From Amoebophrya sp. A120 (lineage: Eukaryota > Protista > Dinoflagellata), in assembly GCA_905178155.1 (NCBI GenBank), contig CAJINV010000002.1, positions 11,971,102 to 12,035,101 of the forward strand: DNA of 64,000 nucleotides, given 5' to 3'. Position 1 is the first letter of the stretch, and each line of letters opens with the position of its first letter. A model generated the notes under the pieces. That model was given only the letters and a program-made list of their open reading frames with translations, did no database searches and was not told the origin of the DNA. This document shows positions 58,801-64,000 of the stretch, piece by piece. Position numbers and translations under genes: made by a program.

Positions 58801-61357
58801 GAAATCGCGACGCGCAAAAGGCAAGCCGCGCCCGGCCACAACAAGGGGCCCAACCGGTGCCAAGTGGGTCTGCGAGCCACCGGGCGGCCGCGCCGGGGGA
58901 GTTGGGAAGCGAGTCGCCTTGCGGCCGCGCCGCGGTCGCGCGGTTGTTTTGAACACCCCCGGGGCCTTTTTTGTTCTTGCTTCCTTGCGCTCCGCGGCGC
59001 CCCAATCCTGCGCGAAAGGGCGCCGCGGCGCCATCCTCGGTAGAGCTCGTGTCGGCACACAGGGGGGCAGAGGCCTGCGGGCGCGTTTGGGTGGGGCCCC
59101 TATCTCCAGGGCGTTGGGCCCTGACGTATTCCTGCACGGGCGCGCGCCGCCAAGGGCCCGCCCCACTCACTTACTCTGTTTTTGGCAGCGGACCAAGTGG
59201 CGGCGCCCCACTCGCAGGCAAGGCGCGTCGCCAAGCTGCGCCCGGAGGATGGCCACCCCTTGCCCCCTGCGACCAGCCCGCCCGCCCCGGCCGCCGCACG
59301 CACCAACAGGCCGCTGGCTTGCCCGCCGGATCGAAGCGCCCCGAGCAAAAGCGTCGGCCTCGGGGACGAGGGGGCGAGAGACCAGGCCGTTTGGGCCCAT
59401 TCCATGTTGGCGCCCCCCCCCCCTTATCGAAACCCCCCGCCAAGGAAGGGCGCCAGTGTTCTACCCGGCCAGGATGGGGCCGGCGCCTTCGAGGCAAAGC
59501 GGGCGGGGCCCGGTCCCTTCGGGCCCTTTTTGGTACGCCCCAAGTGCCGGCGGGCGCGTCCGCCCGCAATGCCCCCGCCGGGCGGCCGCCCCCCGCACTT
59601 TCGATGGGACGGCACGCACTTGGCCGCGGGGAATTTCGAAAAGGCCCGGGGCCCGGGCGTATAGCGCGGGGCGGACGGGGGCCCGCCACCAGGCAGCCTG
59701 ACCGCGCTCGCGATACATAGGCAAGGCTGGCAATGGATGGAGGATCTTGGGCGGCAGGGCTTGCCGCAGATCAGCGAAGCGGGCCGGCGGCTGTTTTATT
59801 TTGCAAATCTGGTCCCGGGCAAATAACAACCGAACGGGGCCGCGCCCGCGGCGCCTTTGCTGCATACTGCCCCGGCAACCGGGTCGGGCGCGGTCTTCCG
59901 GCTTTTGCTTGGGTTTTCCGGCTGCGCTGGCAGGGGCAGCCGGGGCGCGTTCTGACGGCCTGGCCTCATCTTGGTAGGCGCCCGCTTTTCCGGGGCGTTT
60001 TTTTCCAAGGGCGGGGCCTTCGCGCCGCCGGCTTCGGGCCCCCACTTTCGCTCGGGCCCAAGGCGCCTAGCGTTCGTCGCCTGCTGTATCTTCCGGCGCC
60101 CCGAGGGCTCGGCGGCCCCGGCCTGTAGTCCCCTGCTTGCGTGCTTCTTTCGCGGGGCCCCCTTGGACCGGCCTTGGGGATGATAGGTATGTGGCGGGGG
60201 GCTTGCTCCGCGGGAGGGTGCGCAACTGGCCGGCACCTTGGGCCCCGGCCGGGCGCCCGCTTGTCTGGAGCACCCTCGGGCCCTTTCGGGCTGCTGGTGC
60301 TTTGTTTTCTTTGCAGATATTCTGGCCCACATCTCGGCAGCATGCAGCGGTCGGAAGTAGGCCACTCGGCCGCGGCCATTTCCACTCGGCCGCGGCCATT
60401 TAGGCATGGCGGCGACTCGGCCCTCCAGCGAGCGACCCCTCCGAGCGGCCTGCGTGGCGCTACCGCCGGTTGCTCTGGTGCGTGTCGACGAGCGCGGTGC
60501 GCTTTATTCTGTTCGGGGCCGGTGTGTTTTGATAATGCGCTCCCCCTGCTTTTGCCCTTCGCGCCCTCGAACCATATGGCGGCCGCGCCACCGCCCTGCC
60601 CATTCTCAATGAGGCGGCGCCGCAGCCGTCGCCCTCGACCTTTTCCCCACGCCAGCCCCCTCCCAAGGAGCGCACAAGTAGGAGGCCCGTCTGTTTCGGC
60701 CGGCCGGCCTACGCCCTTCCCCAGGGGGCCGCCCGGCCCTGTTCGCTTTTGTTGTTCCCTTTTCGAACGCGGGCGGGGGGGCCGTGCCTGTAGGGTGGCG
60801 TCGCTTTTTTGGCTGGCCATTGGTTTCGGCGTGGGCCCACCGCGAATCTTTTGCGCAGACACGCCGGGCATTTTTTTTTACAAACGTGCCGCCCCAACCT
60901 TGTGGGCGCGCGCCTCCAGTGCCGGCGCCGAGGCACTGTGGTCCCCGTCGTTTGATTGCGCCAGGGCCTGCGCCCCTTGGCGAGCGACACACCGGGCACG
61001 GCCAGTCGTGCGCGGCATCTCTGGCCTACGCGCTGTCCTTGTCTGCATTTCCAAGCGCGGCAGACTTCCGTGACGGTGCTCCTTGAGGAAAATAGTGAGG
61101 CGGGTGGTTTCCTGCACCCTTTTGGGCCAAAGGATGGCTTGGGGTTGCGGAAGTGGGGCGCGAGGCCCCACACAAAATAAAAAACGCGTCAGCAGCACGT
61201 CTGCAATGTCGCCGTCGCAGTTGCAGCAGCCGTTTTGCGCATGAAAGAAGTCAACTTTTTTTACTCGCAAACATGGCAAAGGTTGAAAAATATCCTGAAA
61301 GTTATAACTTTTCATCCTAATAAAATAGGTAACAAAACTCACGGACGTTCTTCCATA
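55829..61357. mobile_element. 5.5-kb GC-rich TIR element, apparently non-autonomous
   Basis: ~70-bp TIR TATG(C/G)AAGAACGTCCGT(G)AGTTTTGTTACCTATTTTATTAGGATGAAAAGT...TTTCAGGATATTTTT; 8-bp direct repeat ATCCTTAG at 55821-55828 and 61358-61365; sharp GC shift inside the element. Confidence 0.92.
58509..58670. repeat. 162-bp AT-rich palindrome made of three nested hairpins
   Basis: 80-bp arms with 3 mismatches; the unit TTGATAAGTGATCAAAA..TTTTGATCACTTATCAA occurs three times. Confidence 0.95.
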
Positions 61358-62976
61358 ATCCTTAGCGATCCTCTGCACTAGTATTGACGACGTGTTAGCT
61401 TGTTTTGGAAAGGAAAAGGTCAACGCAAGTAGTTCGCATTTGCTTGAAACCAAAATCGATTCGCGTGATGCATGAGCGTTTTCGTCTCGTAGCGTATCCA
61501 AGATGCGTAGCTCGGACAATTCGGATCATGTTGCCTTTGCTTGATTTCTCCCTTGATGTTGTTTGTCGATAGATTGGATCGGTGTAGGTAGTGGTAGAGG
61601 AGCAAAGTCGATGTGTTGTTGCTGCTGCAGTACTTATGCAGTGCACGCAAACTACATCGATATCGAAGGCGTGTTTTTGAACCCCAAAGCGAAACTCGAA
61701 AATTGGAAGTGTGTCGTCGTTGTCTCGATTGTCAAATACCGAAATCGCAAAACCAAACGTCAGGGTCGTGGCACCGCTCGTGGAATTACGAGTAGCGGAA
61801 AAATAAGATAAAGATAACAAACAAGCGCGTTCATTATAGTCCGTAGATACAACTTCAAGTTGCGCTCGCAGTGTCCTTCAAATTAATAGATTAGAAAGAA
61901 GGTAGTTCCTTGTGGTTGTGTCGTGACATTTACGTATAGGAAGTCGGTAACTGACTTTTTTTGCGTGTAGATCTTCACTCAGAAACAACCAAAGGCGCTT
62001 CGACCTCAAGTGAGTAGAAAAATGAAAATAAGCTGAAAGACGAAGCACGTCTTCCATTTGATTGACTCATGCACGCATTTTTCCATTGCGCTGAAAAATC
62101 TTAATCCACGCAACCCGTTTTTTTTTCACAGCTCGGTCGTGGAGGCGTTATTTTGTCAAAGAAACGCGGAAATTTCGTTTCGCAATACAAGGGGGGCGGA
62201 TTGAGTTTTGATCGAGACGAGACTAGTATTCATACGAAATGACCCTCGCTTTACACCAGCGCGTCGAGCAGTGGCACCTCTCCCAGGACAGGGTGGGAAG
62301 GGCCAATGTGTTGCAGGTACATGCTAGTACTACTTGGTTGTTTTTTTTTGATAGAGAAAAAAAAGCAAATGGAAATGCACTAGCAGAAGAAGTCACTGCA
62401 GGTGCAGTGCATGCTAGCTCTTGGAATTGAATTCAAAACAGGATCCCTCGCAGCTGACCACAGAGTTTCAGCATGGAGAGCCTGCTCCATCGCCAAGTGA
62501 CCTGATCGTCCACCCACTGGTAACCGATCGAGAAAACGCGACGCTACTCATCATCGACTGGATGTGATCCAATATCATGCATCAAACAAGTTCTAGGGAA
62601 TGGGCAATATGTATCAAGATGTAAGTTCTGTATTGCATGTGAGCCCAGTGGTTGTGTGCTATGTGTGGTGGTGGTGTTTTCAACTTGGATAGTCCGCTGG
62701 CAGTCAACGGGTTCACTTTCCGGCACACTATCGCGCTAACTATCAAAACGCGATCGCCCGAGCAAACCACGGATACTACCATCCGAATGGCACGCAGGGA
62801 ACCTGCCAGTGCGTCAAGGCCTGTCCCCGCTGCTGGTTTTACGACAACCACAACTTTGCGGAGTATCGCATGCGTTGTAGATTTATTTTGTCTCTTTATT
62901 CAGAAGATCAAGATTGACTTCAGACGAGATATACTAACGTTGTGCCAATTTTTGTCGGTTTCGTCCCCGTGATGTT

Positions 62977-63285
62977 GTGATGTGTGCAAAAATCATCACC
63001 CAGCACAAACTCGCCATCAGGTATGAAAACGGACAGATTGACGAGGACGACCCGGAACACAGCGCGCATCCGCGCAACCCGGCAAACCACCAGCGAAACG
63101 TGCAGCTGGACAAGCGCTGCCGAAAAACGCACATTTTCGCGCAGTCTTCGCTGCACAACCGCGGCGGCGGTATGGTCCGGAGTGCCTCCCACGAATCCTT
63201 TTTGGACGACGTGCGACCAGAAGACAGCTGCACGTCCATCGGGGCCGTGGCCCCAAAACCGCAGTTAAATGCGGCTGCAAGGTAA
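62977..63285 (+). CDS. Possible small hypothetical protein or terminal exon
   Basis: 102-codon ORF with coding-like composition and no recognisable motif. Confidence 0.25.
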   Translation: MMCAKIITQHKLAIRYENGQIDEDDPEHSAHPRNPANHQRNVQLDKRCRKTHIFAQSSLHNRGGGMVRSASHESFLDDVRPEDSCTSIGAVAPKPQLNAAAR

Positions 63286-63811
63286 AACGAATACTTTTAC
63301 TAAAGCGCCAGTTGTCTAGGTCCAGGTGCGATTCGTGGAATTCATTTGTGTGTTTTGGTTTTGGTTTGCTTCAGTCATGATTCATTCAGCGACACTGTAA
63401 GTGTTTGTCACACGACCAGTTACAGTGTGGTCTCGTCATCAAACTCTTTATCTTTTTGCTATCCATTGCGGAAAAAATACGAGAAAGTGACGCTGTGAGA
63501 CCCAGAAATCAATGGACTCCGCCCGTGCGGACTCGTTTCAGGTTTCCCGGGAAACCTTCGGCTTAGCTCGTGCTAAAGTGTGTTGCAACGCAACTTAAAA
63601 CGCGGCGCGCGCATGGACTCCGCTGCTGTTTGTGGGCACAACCGCGCCGCGTCTGTGTTGCAGTCTCTTGTGCCCAAAGCGCCGCAGTCGGCTGCGGATT
63701 GCGAGCAACCTGGCGGCCCCGGCAAACCGGCGCACATTTTCGCCTGGCCTAACTTGGGCCGCTTCAGACGATCTTCCGCCGGTGGCACGGCCTCGCTTTG
63801 CCGTTTTCGGA

Positions 63812-64000
63812 AGAGGATTCCTCAGAGGATTCCAAAATCCTCTCAGGAATCCTCTGGCCCAATTTGGGCCGTCTTCCGCGCCCTTCCCCCGATGGCACTG
63901 CCCCGATTTCGGGAGAGGTTTCCACAGAGGATTCCTCAGAGGATTCCTCAGAGGATTCCAAAATCCTCTCAGGAATCCTCTGGCCCAATTTGGGCCGTCT
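63812..64000. repeat. Two 63-bp direct repeats, each an imperfect hairpin of AGAGGATTCCTC units, in a GC-rich block running off the window
   Basis: 63812-63874 = 63938-64000 (AGAGGATTCCTCAGAGGATTCCAAAATCCTCTCAGGAATCCTCTGGCCCAATTTGGGCCGTCT). Confidence 0.85.

Noticed and set aside
55870-61200. Many overlapping 100-350-aa ORFs on both strands
   Set aside because: They are R/P/G/A-rich products of extreme GC content, open in many frames, with no transposase or other motif.

Overview
This is eukaryotic, almost certainly dinoflagellate, DNA. It contains a complete 22-nt dinoflagellate spliced leader at 31040-31061, and the architecture fits an Amoebophrya-like syndinian parasite (inference). All ~14 supportable genes are on the + strand: a giant Cys-repeat protein, a TAF5-like WD40 protein, adenylate kinase, an Mps1/TTK-like kinase with a C-terminal TM anchor, an F-type-lectin-domain protein, an MBOAT acyltransferase, RIB43A, BRX1, a CPW-WPC protein and several orphan secreted/membrane proteins. 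The main feature is a set of 12 independent transposon-like non-canonical introns (introners) from about 5 families. All have TAT...ATA termini, terminal inverted repeats and 5-bp direct repeats, and exact removal of each restores the reading frame. Two families occur in both orientations, eight elements lie in close pairs, and all three direct-repeat mismatches are synonymous. One introner carries a 1.58-kb insertion that begins with the spliced leader. The window also has a 682-bp MITE, a 5.5-kb GC-rich TIR element with a 162-bp triple hairpin at its midpoint, and a 2.9-kb apparently identical duplication next to an N that is probably an assembly artefact. All family assignments come from motif recognition by eye; no searches were run.
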